A DNA stretch of 64,000 nt from Azolla caroliniana (taxonomy: Eukaryota; Plantae; Polypodiophyta). A program made the position numbers and the translations under genes. Under the pieces are notes generated by a model that worked only from the letters and a program-made list of their open reading frames with translations, had not been told where the DNA came from and ran no database searches. Where the stretch lies: assembly GCA_043228905.1 (NCBI GenBank), contig JBHGNT010000001.1, positions 9,548,001-9,612,000 on the forward strand, read 5' to 3'. This document shows, in pieces, positions 1 through 11,890 of the stretch; positions within the stretch are counted from its first letter, which is position 1, and each line of letters begins with the position of its first letter.

Positions 1-1985
1 TATTACTTTAGTACAAGCTCGCAAAGAAATGCATAAGATGACACGGCGTAGAATGGGAGGCATCCCAATATTGGGAACTCTACCATATGCTCATGAGTAG
101 TGATTGCGGCACTGCAAGGAAGAGATTACGGGAACCAAGACCAGAAACACCCATCGAAGATCCTGAAACCTGGCACACATATACAAAGAGACTTTACCAA
201 ATCCCAAACCAACCACCCATTCGAAGGCCTTCTACACCCCGACCTACTGTGGGGACACTTTTGACAACCTCTAGGGTCGCGAAGGTCATAAAGAAATTAC
301 AACATAGGAATTCCATGGACCACACAGGATTACGAGCAGAACACATCATATATGTGAGAGAAGGCCTAACTCCCTTGCTAACTGTAATTTTCAATCGTGC
401 CCTCGCGGAGGATTTTCCAACACAATGGACTATGAACACAATGGCCCCCATACATAAAGCAGGGGGGACGCCATGGACCCAAATACATGTAGGAGCATTA
501 TGATAGGTCATACCCTTGCTAAATTATATGGTGCAGTAATGGAGGTAGAGTTTAGCCATTATATGGACACCCTAAATCTTCGCACACCTGAACAGGCTGG
601 CTTTAGACAAGCCTTCTCCACTATTGATCATATCTTCACACTTAGATGCTTAATTGACCAAACTAACACTCACAAGAAGAAATTATATTGCTGTTTTGTG
701 GACTTCCGCAAAGCCTTTGACAAGGTCCCTACAGAGTGTTTGTTTGATAGGCTTAAAAGCTTAAGGATACGAGATGACATGGTTTGGGCCATCTACGCAC
801 TATATGAACAAGTGTCCAGATGTGTTCGATGCCCAGGTGTCTTATCCAATTGTTTCACTAGTACTATTGGTGTAAAACAAGGCTCCCCCTATCTCTGACT
901 CTCTTTTTGGGATCTACATTGATGAGATTACATATTTTATTGCTCGTAAGGGAGGCAATGATGTAGTCCTTGGCAATACGCAAGTTCGTATCTTGCTCTA
1001 TGCAGACGACCTAATTTTTCTCTCTGAATCCGAACACGACCTACAAAGGCACCTTAATGTGTTAGATGACTTTTGCACACAACGAGAATTGGCAATGAAT
1101 CTAGGGAAAACTAAAGTCTTTATCTTCCACACATCGGCCCAAGGTAGAGCTAAGTGTCACCTAACTATCTTCCATAGCCCAGTGGAGGTGGTTGGATCAT
1201 ATGTCTATCTCAGGGAAATTTTTGATGACACAAGCCGTGGGGGATAGACTTACGAGAGGACATGCCTCCCTCTCACTCCTTGAGAGACAATGCCATCAAG
1301 CATACTTTCAAGAGCCACGGACTAAAGGGTGGCTCTTTGACTCATTAGTGACTCCCTCCCGCATGTATGCATCAGTGGTTTGGGCTCTAGGACTACCATC
1401 CTTCATGTGGACGCAATTAGAGGGACCATTGGTGATAATGTTATCACGCCAACTCCGAAACAAATCGACAGTACCACATGACATTATTAGGGCTGAGTTC
1501 ACTTTACCCCTGATGCTAGTACAGGCACTTTTTCAACTTGTAGTCTTTATCCACAGGATACATAGTCAACCACATGATAGAATATCCCATCAAGTCTTTA
1601 AGGCCTCTCGATGACTGTATGTGTCCAGTTATACTAGCTCATGGTATGGCATAATGGTAAGTTGGCTTCTTGCGAATGGTCTAGACATTAATAACCTCCC
1701 TCCCCTTACCTACAACCACGCGATTGATAACACTTTAATCTATCATGAGAACCACAATAAAGTAATACACCAAGAAATATGGCAAATTTACACTTGGTAT
1801 AAATGGATCACCTCACTAGAGCAACTCCCATCTAAAATGTTGTACTATAAGAAACACTTCATGCACTTCTCTAAGTTAGGTTTTATTATGCGGCCAAAAT
1901 ATCTAGATGTATTCTTACCACATGTAATAAGGGTTGCCATTGGACAACTTAGAATATCATCTCACCAACATGAGATTCAGAACGG
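1..1985 (+). mobile_element. Non-LTR retrotransposon (RTE-like LINE, family 1), copy A; decayed reverse transcriptase, 3'-truncated
   Basis: Frameshifted ORFs carry non-LTR RT motifs QAGFR..STIDHIFTL, LYCCFVDFRKAFD, GVKQG.P and LYADD. Similarity to the other LINE copies stops at 1985. Confidence 0.9.
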
Positions 1986-2943
1986 TTATTTGTAATTGGA
2001 GCATATGGCTCTCCTTGTAATGATTGTTTTTTTATTAGAGATGAGTCATTAGTTAAAGGGCAAATATGTGGTTGAGCGTCTAGTGATGTGAATATTCACA
2101 GAAGATGTTCGATGAGCATTTTGTCAATTATGACTTCGAGTATTTAGGAAGCTAGCGGACCCTATTTAAAAGTACTAGTTGATGATATTGTTTGTTGGAT
2201 TTGATGTTTGAGGGGTTTGGTATGGTAGTTGTAGCTTGTTTCTTTTCATGTATGAGATATTAGGCTATCTTCATTGCAAAGAAATCTTCAGAAGGCCGCA
2301 GGGGGGCCCTCCTACACTTCACCTCTTTGAGCTTCAGCCTGTAGTCAGATTTAGTCCTCTCCATCATCACCATTATTATGAATACTGTCTGTGTTTCTTG
2401 CACTATATACTGTTGAGCCGCCATTTCGTTGGTTGTTATGAATGAAGAATAATGATGGATTGAGTAGTAGTAGTACATAATACATACATGTATGTATGTA
2501 TGTATATGGTTAGGATCAATAAGTTGCACTCTCCATATTGCACATATACCCACCTGTCGTGATTTCAATAATAATAGCCTTGATTTACCCCTTCCCAGAG
2601 ATCATTAAGAATATCAGAACAATGGTTTTTCCACTGTATTTTATCCATACCATCATTACTAATTAAGAAAATTCCCATGCTGTGTACAGTTTAAGCCTGT
2701 GTCATGAGCCATTAAGTTGTGTCAGTTTCTTTTTTTCGTTTTCTTTTTTTTGTTTGTGTTGGAACCATGTAAAGACTACAGAAATGGGATGCAGTGCTAT
2801 GCACCAAAATTATAAAAGAAACAACATTTGCAAAATAAGATTTGTCCAAATAACGCACAGAGTATACAATTACAACGACAGATCGTTCGAATCCGATATT
2901 AGCGATCCAGCAACCAAATCTGTATGCAATCTCAAATATACTC
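1986..2943 (+). pseudogene. Deleted duplicate of the FRO locus: upstream region fused to the last ~63 bp of the CDS and the 3' flank
   Basis: 1986-2278 matches 18675-18967. 2282 onward matches 23505 onward, including ...gcttcagcctgtag (stop at 2344) and the downstream sequence. Confidence 0.9.
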
Positions 2944-4362
2944 ATTCCACTCTTGATTACATCAATTAATCCAACTTGCTTGCAACAAATAATGTGCTTA
3001 GAATCTTGGAGAAGTTTCGTTAGAAAATTATCCCACATTTGATGAGAGGGAGTAAACTTTAACTCTATCTTCTTTGTTTCAATGAGATCGCGAAGAAAAT
3101 GATGTTTTAAGTCCACATGACGTATATTGTTACTCATCTTCGGATTGTTGGCTAACTTGATGCAAGATTGATTATCGCAAAACAAAGTCACTGTTGGAAT
3201 AGTAAATAGTTTAAATTCTTCGAGCATAGCTTTAATCCATATGCCTTCCTTAGCCGCTGAAGCCGCGGCAACATATTCAGCTTCGGTGGATGACAATGCT
3301 ACGGTAGTTTGTTTCCTTGACTTCCACGAAATTGCAACGCCAGCTAGTGTGTAAACATATCCACATGTTGACTTGCGATCATCCACATCCCCCCCCCAAT
3401 CCGAGTCTGACCAACCAATTAGTTGGCTAGAGGGATTTTTCCATCCTTGCACAAGTGTGGTTGACTCAGATTCTGTGGCGGAGTAAGTCAACGCATAATG
3501 TTGAGTACGCGTCACGTATCGTAGTGATCTTTTGAGCGCGATCCAATGCTTTGGTCCTGGATTAGCCATAAAACGAGAAAGAAAACCGGCGGCAAAGCAA
3601 AAGAGGTGTGCAACTTACTAGATATCTTATACACCCAAGGATTTGTTTATAGGGTACATCCTTCATTTTGGAAATTTCTCGTTCATTTTTGGGAGAATCA
3701 TCATTTGAAAGTTTACATGGAGAGGTAAGAGGTGTACTAATAGGCTTACTATGGAGCATATCAAATCTTTGGAGGATAGAATTAATATAATTTGATTGTG
3801 ATAATGAGATAGTATTTTGCGTTATTTTGATGCCTAGAAAATGGGTCATAGGGCCTAAATTAGTGATAGGAAAGACATGCAAGTTCCTTCTTTGCAATAG
3901 TTAGATAAGATTTAGAGTTAGAGATCAAGGGCAAATCATCGACATAGACACCTATGATAACAAAATTGGAGTTGGCTTTTCTAACATAGATATTTGGCTC
4001 ATTGTTTAGAAGATGATATCCAACTTTTATAAGAAAAGAGTGTAGTTTGTGATACATATGCGTGGAGATTGCTTAAGGCCGTACATAGATTTACGAAGCC
4101 GACAAACATGTGTCAAATGACTTGGATCTTCATAACATTGTGGTTATTGTAGATAAAGTTCTTCATCTAAATCTCCATGAAGAAAAGCCGTTTGTACATC
4201 CAAGTGATGGAATTCTAGATCATGTTGCACGGCAAGAGCAACGAGCATTCCAAACCCACATATTTTTATCGTTGGACTAAATGTATCTTGAAAATCAATA
4301 CATATTACTTGAGAAAATCCTCAAGCAACTACACGAGCCTTGAAGGAAATTGGATTGCCATT
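2944..4362 (-). mobile_element. Ty1/copia family C fragment (RT and RNase H)
   Basis: Motifs IGVYVDD, GWSDSDWGGD, STCGYV, VALSSTEAEYVA and CDNQSCI. Near-identical to 24170-25128 but keeps the RNase H segment missing there. Confidence 0.9.
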
Positions 4363-4499
4363 GGAGGTTCCTTCCACCAAATCGAGCCTCCTTCCACCAA
4401 ATCGAGGCGGCATATCCAATGCTCCCTCCACCATTGGAGGTTCCTTCCATCCATTTTTTTATTTTCAGTACTAAAATGTTTCATTCCTTCCATCCATTC

Positions 4500-5797
4500 G
4501 AGGATTTACATGGACTCATATGATTGTGCCACAAAGCAATCTTCAAAGAGACCCTGTGCCAAAGCATGGTTATTTGACATTGTGGTCCCTTTTGCCCTCA
4601 TGTATGGTGCAACCATATGGTCCTAAAGCCTCCCCATGCACACTAGCTATCCGAGTTGAATTGGTAGCACAACCTCCCATGGTGGAGTGCCTATGACTGG
4701 TCATATTTGTAAATAGTCCATAGTATGCGATGGAGAGATATAGAAAAAGATAGAGAAAAGAAGAGGAAGAGAAAGGAATACTTTAATACACTATTAGGAA
4801 AACAATACCATCTTCTTCGACTCCAAAAGTAACAACCCCAAAGAACTACCTTAATCTCAATGACACTAATTTTATTATATCACAATGTTTGCTTTGTTAT
4901 CCCAAATTTTAATACAAGAAAGTTCTCTTTGTCAGCTTTCTTACGAATCAAACTTTGATACAATGCTCTGCCTATGATCATATTCGACCATCCTTTCCAC
5001 ACATTTTCGACCAAGCCCAATCCTTGCACGAATTTCTCTCACAACCACAATGTGCACTCTTGATTGTAACATCCATTGGTAGAGTTCTTGAACATCGAGA
5101 GTTGCTACTCACTTTCACACGTATCACGTGAAATGTAATATTTTTGGTCTCATAGGTCATATTATTATGTGAGGTGTTTTATTATATCACTATGTTTGCT
5201 TTGTTATCCCAATTTTTAATACAAGAAAGCTCTCTTTGTCAGCTTTCTTACGAATCAAACTTTGATACAATGCTCTGCCTATGATCATATTCGACCATCC
5301 TTTCCACACATTTTCGACCAAGCCCAATCCTTGCACGAATTTCTCTCACAACCACAATGTGCACTCTTGATTGTAACATTCATTGGTAGAGTTCATGAAC
5401 ATTGAGAGTTGCTACTCACTTTCACACGTATCACGTGAAATGTAATATTTTTGGTCTCATAGGTCATATTATTATGTGAGGTGTTTTATTATATCACTAT
5501 GTTTGCTTTGTTATCCCAAATTTTAATACAAGAAAGATCTCTTTGTCAGCTTTCTTACGAATCAAACTTTGATACAAGGCTCTGCCTATGATCATATTCA
5601 ACAATCCTTTCCACACATTTTCGACCAAGCCCAATCCTTGCACGAATTTCTCTCACAACCACAATGTGCACTCTTGATTGTAACATTCATTGGTAGAGTT
5701 CTTGAACATCGAGAGTTGCTACTCACTTTCACACGTATCATGTGAAATGTAATAATTTTGGTCTCATAGGTCATATTTGACCTCCAAAGACGATAAT

Positions 5798-5837
<40 letters not shown>
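4500..5837 (+). mobile_element. 3' fragment of a second LINE family ending in AATAAA + (CT)n
   Basis: KAWLFDIVVPFALMYGATIW resembles KGWLFDSLVTPSRMYASVVW of family 1. The C-terminal QCSAYDHIR segment resembles the H..C..Y..IR zinc-knuckle end. Tail is ...gataataaa(ct)n. Confidence 0.7.
4871..5778 (+). repeat. 307-bp tandem repeat, ~3 units, derived from a LINE 3' end
   Basis: Unit start tttattatatcac at 4871, 5178 and 5485. Confidence 0.92.
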
Positions 5838-5838
<1 letters not shown>

Positions 5839-8533
5839 CTTGAGAGAGCCTTAGAACGAAACTCATACACATCCTTCACTACGCAATAGTTAACAGTTTC
5901 CCATATACGAAACACTCCAATAAAGGTAGATTAGGATCTATGCCACAAAATCGATGGTAGGATGAGGATTGTAGGAACTTACATAGACAACTTACAATAT
6001 GGCAACTAAGTGGTAGTATTACTTCAGTACAAGCTCGCAAAGAAATGCGCAAGATGACACGGCGTAGAATGGGAGGCCTCCCAATATTGAGAACTCTACC
6101 ATATGCTCATGAGTAGCGATTGCGGCACTGCAAGGAAGAGATTATGCGAACCAAGACCAGAAACACCCATCGAAGATCTTGAATCTTGGCACACATATAC
6201 AAAGAGACTTTACCAAATCCCAAACCAACCACCCATTCCAATGCCTTCTACACGCTGACCTACTGTGGGGACACTTTTCACAACCTCTAGGGTCGCGAAG
6301 GTCATAAATAAATTACAACATAGGAATTCCATGGACCACACAGGATTACGAGCCTTCTCCACTATTGGTCATATCTTCACAATTAGATGCTTAATTGACC
6401 AAACTAAGGCTCGCAAGAAGAAATTATATTGCTGTTTTGTGGACTTCTGCAAAGCCTTTGACACGGTCCCTACAGAACGTTTGTTTGATAGGCTTAAAAT
6501 CTTGAGGATACGAGATGACATGGTTTGGGCCATCTATGCACTATATGAACAAGTGTCCATGTGTGTTCGATGCCCAGGTGGCTTATCCAATTGTTTCACT
6601 AGTACTATTGGTGTAAAACAAGGTTCCCCCTATCTCTGACTCTCTTTTTGGGATCTACATTGATGAGATTACATATTTTATTGCTCGTAAGGGAGGCAAT
6701 GATGTAGTCCTTGGCAATACGCAAGTTCGTATCTTGCTCTATGCAGACGACCTAATTTTGCTCTCTGAATCCGAACACGACCTACAAAGGCACCTTAATG
6801 CATTAGATGACTTTTGCACACAACGAGAATTGGCAATGAATCTAGGGAAAACTAAAGTCTTTATCTTCCACACATCGGCCCAAGTTAGAGCTAAGTGTCA
6901 CCTAACTATCTCCCATAGCCTAGTGGAGGTGGTTGGATCATATGTCTATCTCAGGGAAATTTTTGATGACACAAGCCGTGGGGGATAGACTTACGAGAGG
7001 ACATGCCTCCCTCTCACTCCTTGAGAGACAATGCCATCAAGCATACTTTCAAGAGCCACGAACTAAAAGGTGGCTCTTTGACTCATTAGTGACTCCCTCC
7101 CGCATGTATGCATCAGTGGTTTGGGCTCTAGGACTACCATCCTTCATGTGGACGCAATTAGAGGGACCATTGGTGATAATGTTATCACACCAACTCCGAA
7201 ACAAATCGACAGTACCACATGACATTATTAGGGCTGAGTTCACTTTACCCCCGATGCTAGTACAGGCACTTTTTCAACTTGTAGTCTTTATCCACAGGAT
7301 ACACAGTCAACCACATGATAGAATATCCCATCAAGTCTTTAAGGCCTCTCGATGACTGTATGTGTCCAGTTATACTAGCTCATGGTATGACATAATGGTA
7401 AGTTGGCTTCTTGCGAATGGTCTAGACATTAATAACCTCCCTCCCCTTACCTACAACCACGCGATTGATAACACTTTAATCTATCATGAGAACCACAATA
7501 AAGTAATACACCAAGAAATATGGCAAATTTACACTCGGTATAAATAGATCACCTCACTAGAGCAACTCCCATCTAAAATGTTGTACTATAAGAAACACTT
7601 CATGCACTTCTCTAAGTTAGGTTTTATTACGCGGCCAAAATATCTAGATATATTCTTACCACATGCACTAAGGGTTGCCATTGGACAACTTAGAATATCA
7701 TCTCACTAACTTGAGATTCAGAATGGTCATACTAATGAAGTCCCTAGGGAGGAAATGATATGTAGGTTATGCCAAATAGAGATAGAGGATGAGTACCACT
7801 TTACATGTAAGTGTCCCACCTACGTTGAGATAAGGGCAAAATACCAAGACATACTTGGTTCCACTCCTACCCTCCCCAAACTATTAGATACTCTAGATAT
7901 AAAGAAATTAGGCAGTTACATCCTAGAGCTAAAACAACACAGAGAGAATAACATACAAAATGCCGACAGTAATGTTGCTAATGTTCACCAACATGTAAGA
8001 AATGAAGTTTTTCAAGAACAGGGGGAGACAACGAATGTCGATACACCTCCACCACTCAGCATTTTCCTGGATGGAGCAGAAAACCAAAGAAGAACCAAAC
8101 ACCCTTGGATGCTGGGTTTCAAAGCACCTCAACGTGGTGTAGAGTTACACCACCTACAACCCATGGTTGGGGCACTCTATACACTGAGACCATGGGTCAC
8201 ACCCACACCAAAACCCTTTGACCTCCCACTTCTTTTCGAGAGGCTTGGGTGGAAATGAAATTAGGCTTAGTGCAAAGTCGCTTCCTTTTATCGAGTATAC
8301 CAAGTTTTGTACACTACTAGAACTCTTTTAGTTTAAGTTCTATTAATTTTTTACTTTATTTTATTTTAGTTCTGATGATTGGATAAATAACCATGTTGTT
8401 GTAAACCAACTGTCTCATGGGCCAATTTTGGCCTTAAGAAGACTTTAATATATCTTTCTTTCTTTCTTTCTTCTTTCTTTCTTCTTTCTTTCTTCTTTCT
8501 TTCTTTCTTCATTCTCTCTCTCTCTCTCTCTCT
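5838..8533 (+). mobile_element. RTE-like LINE family 1, copy B, with (CTTT)n(CT)n 3' tail
   Basis: RT motifs plus C-terminal zinc knuckle ICRLCQIEIEDEYHFTCKCPTY. An internal deletion at ~6353 lies between ACGAGC microhomologies. Confidence 0.9.
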
Positions 8534-8585
8534 CCCCCCGTGACTTTGTTGCAGGCACTGCCCCAACATCTTCATTGCATCTGCT

Positions 8586-9516
8586 GGCGTGCACCCGACC
8601 GTTCCACAGGTACACCACGTTTCTTCTCATCGCCTCGGCGAAGTCCCCGCAATCCTTCCGAATGTGCCCAACCGTGTCACACCACATGCACCTGTTTTCA
8701 GCCAATCTCGGGTCTCTTCCCTTCGCGTTGGTGGTGTTGGCTCGAGCTTCTTTGCTGCGACAGAGCCCGCCCCTGTCGATCCTTTGTCAACCCATTCCCG
8801 CCGTTTGTCGAAACGGCCACAGACCCTTTTCACCACGGCCCAGTCGGCCGTCAGCCCGTCATCAGTCTCCAATAGGAGGCCTACCTACTCCCGATCCCGC
8901 TCGTCAACCGACTTAACAAACAATAGGACACGGCTTGTGTCCAGAACGGTCCGGTAAAGCACCGAGAGGCACGCGAAGCGTTCCTCAAACTCCCGAAGGA
9001 GCACTGACGCGTTCCTTCCTTTGTCGGGGGTCTCCACCCACTCCATGAAGTCCCGCTTCGAAAGTCGAACCACATCTTCAAGCCCGTATCTTTCGAGGAG
9101 CCGACCTTCGAACTCCTCCCAGGTTCGGCTCTCGGCCCGTACCTCGAGCACCTCCGTATGGATACCCGGCATCGCCACTCGAGGGAATCCGGCTAGACGC
9201 CTCTCTTGCGGAATGTCCCTCATTACCATCTCAGCCCGGTAGGACGCCAAGTAGCTCGTGGCATCCTTCCCACTAAACCGGCCGATCGTACCGACAACCG
9301 CCTCGATAGGCCTATCAAGGGCGTCGGTGCCTTCGCGCACACTTACTATACAGTCTAAAGCCGAAGCCATGGCTTCTGCAAGGTCCAACCCCCTCATCTT
9401 CTACTCCTCTGCCGCCTGTTAATGTCGGGTTCACCAAATATGTCGCATTGTTACGGGCGTGCGTGGAGAACAAGCCGGGACCACTAGGGTCTTGGACCGA
9501 GGAATAGGTGAGGAAA

Positions 9517-9552
<36 letters not shown>

Positions 9553-10156
9553 GCTCACTCACATATAGACAAAGAAGCGCACGGGGACGCGTCACAACAC
9601 AGGAGACGCGAGTTGAGAACACTAGAGTGTGTGTAAATATAGGCATGTATTTGTATGTATGCAGACGACTCGAACGGTTATAGCCGACCAGGTCGGCGAA
9701 GTGGGTGTCGACGCCTGATCACCCACGCACACAGGAGAGCAAGATGGAGATTCTGCCGGAAGCACACGGGCGTTCCACGGAGCAGAATCAGCCTCCTGAG
9801 AACCTCACAAAAGAAAGCTATGGAGAATGACAGAGAAGAAAAGCTCGGTCCCAGTCCGACAACACTTCGTTCCTTCTAGCGCGCGATCCCTTCTCTCTCC
9901 CGTCTCCCTCTCTTTTATAGCTCAAGGAGGGAGGCCGTTTCACCCGTTTACATCACATTAATTCTCTGTCCTTTCGGACAGAGATACTCCTCGATTTCCC
10001 TTACAGAATATTGCTACCTAGGATTTAACCTTTGTGCCTACCTATCTACTATACGACAAGGGACGTGCCCACGTGTAAGGGCCGGTTCACACACACTATA
10101 CACAGTTTGCGCTTGGGGATGGTTTTCTTCACGACAACGCGCGTAACAACGCGACA
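8586..10156 (-). mobile_element. Ty3/gypsy-like LTR element, 5' part: LTR 9441-10156, tRNA-Trp PBS 9423-9436, gag
   Basis: The LTR has ~20-bp inverted ends (tgtcgcattgttacgggcgt / acgcgcgtaacaacgcgaca). Minus-strand PBS is TGGTGAACCCGAC. Gag-like ORF (GRFSGKDATSYL) and CCHC knuckle CMWCDTVGHIRKDC. Confidence 0.82.
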
Positions 10157-10159
10157 CCG

Positions 10160-10282
10160 TCGAAAGGGTTTTGCTTTCCACGGGAACTCGATGGAGTGTA
10201 CCAAGTTTCCGTTGAAAGAGTGTTTCTTTCAACGGGACCTCGATGCACTACATCGACTTCTCGTTGACAGGGGCGACTTTCA
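10160..10282. repeat. Remnant array of ~43-bp palindromes (TTTCAACGGGAACTCGATGCA-N-TGCATCGAGTTCCCGTTGAAA-like)
   Basis: About 2.5 degenerate units separated by 6-7 bp spacers, with the same design as the array at 46646-47188. Confidence 0.7.
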
Positions 10283-10285
10283 TGA

Positions 10286-10533
10286 TCAATATACTAGAAT
10301 TGGTCACTTTCTTGCTATTTTTTTGCATTTTTCTCAATGTTTTTTGTGTAACATTACATTTAAAAATGGGTGATTTTCGCCTACTTTTGCGGAAGTTTAC
10401 CTTAGTTTTCAGGTTTACGTTGTATATTTTAAAGATTATTGACATATCATTGTGTTATTACTTGTTTTTTTCAGTGAATCACGACAAAAGGTCCCATCTG
10501 TTAAATTGAAGATTCCTCCCCAATAAAAAACAT
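10286..10533 (+). pseudogene. 5' fragment of the ParB-like gene (duplicate of 44318-44566), cut by the LTR at 10534
   Basis: Near-identical to 44318-44566. Acceptor ttcag|T is followed by ESRQKVPSVKLKIPPQ. Confidence 0.7.
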
Positions 10534-11890
10534 TGTCGTGCCTTTCGGCTTTGGATTGTTGCATGAGTCGGGTGGGAACCGCCGCGGTTTTGGAATAGGA
10601 GGAGGAAGAATTTGAGATGAATCTAGTTATGAATAGATTTTAAGAAAGAGATATAAAAACCTCGTGAATCCCGCGAGTACAATGTATTTTATTAGATTAA
10701 TCAATATTAAGATAAGAATATGAATTTGGATTGAAAGAGAAGAATATAGAAACCTCGTGAATCCCACGAATATAATTTATTAATTGGTGTTTTTAGAGAT
10801 ATATCCAATTTCCAAAAGATTTCACACTTATTACATTGTGCTCCCCATCCTTATATAGTGATGAGAGAGTCTTGGCAATCCATGTTTTTTTCTCTAATTA
10901 TGCCCTCCATGTTTTCTCTATCAATAGACAATATGCTTTCTCTAACATGCTTTTTCTAAAGTCATGTGTTTTTTATCGACTATAGTGTTCATGCACGCTA
11001 GATGTGCATGTGTAGCTTTTTCTTTTATTATGCGTTTTCCTAAAGTTTATCCTAGTGTGAACTTACCTTTCTATGTGGGACATCTACTTTTTAACACTAA
11101 TGATATGTTAGTGTAATCGTAAGGCTTCACATTATTAATATGGAGGTGCAAGGTTCGAATCTTGCCCTATACATGTAATATATATTTTGATATTTTTGTC
11201 GTTTTCTTCATATTTATTAAATCGGTTACTTTATACATTTTTTCACGTAGTGTACAAAATACACTACAACACTTGCCCCCTCCGAACCCGCATATCCTCC
11301 GGTATGTGCCGAAATTGCCGGTGCTCGTAATTCTCCTTTACTTGTAGTACCCTCTATTTCTCTTGCTATGTCGACTTTGTCTCTCCATTTTGAACACATC
11401 CATTCTTTCCACCCGAACCATTGTCTCCATTCGATCCACCATATTCTTCGTTCACTCTTTGCATGGCCATGACCGGTTGTCATGACTCCTTGTGCTCTTC
11501 TTTAGCTTAACCTTTCTTGTCTCGTGCATGGCCACCTTTGTTCTGACCGTCTCCTTGGTCAATACACTCTGCACTTCGTCCATCTTCGTTGTATAATCTC
11601 ACATTAGAGTTGACAATCTTCATGTTAGAGCCCTCCTTCTTTGTTGAGATCTCATCCTCGGTAACACCCTTCAAATCTGCTTGGCCCTTGTTGTCTGTGG
11701 TAGTGTGCATGCTTGGCCTTTTCCTCGTCTTCATCAATCTCGACTTCTTTCCTGATCGGTCTCGTTCGATTGTCTTTCGGTTGGATTGGCTTCCAATCAG
11801 ATTCGTATTCGGCCAAATCGAACTCGGTTGATCGGTTTCAACCGAGTCGGCCCCCTTCCAGGTCGGGTTCGATCTATCGGTTTCGGTTTC
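10534..11890 (-). mobile_element. LTR (~10534-11487) and 3' internal region of a Trp-primed gag-only family
   Basis: The terminus TGTCGTGCCTTTCGGC is the same end that precedes the PBS at 48578. Minus-strand TATA (tatataagg) and a purine tract near 11488-11505. Duplicate of 44567-45497 + 47763-48190. Confidence 0.72.

Noticed and set aside
2712-3569. Novel fusion protein (RNase H plus long C-terminal tail)
   Set aside because: Read-through of a truncated copia into the antisense FRO 3' flank.
4978-5160. Repeated 60-aa ORF MTYETKNITF... (also at 29537, 57499, 57806)
   Set aside because: It is antisense to a LINE 3' end and recurs only because the DNA is duplicated.
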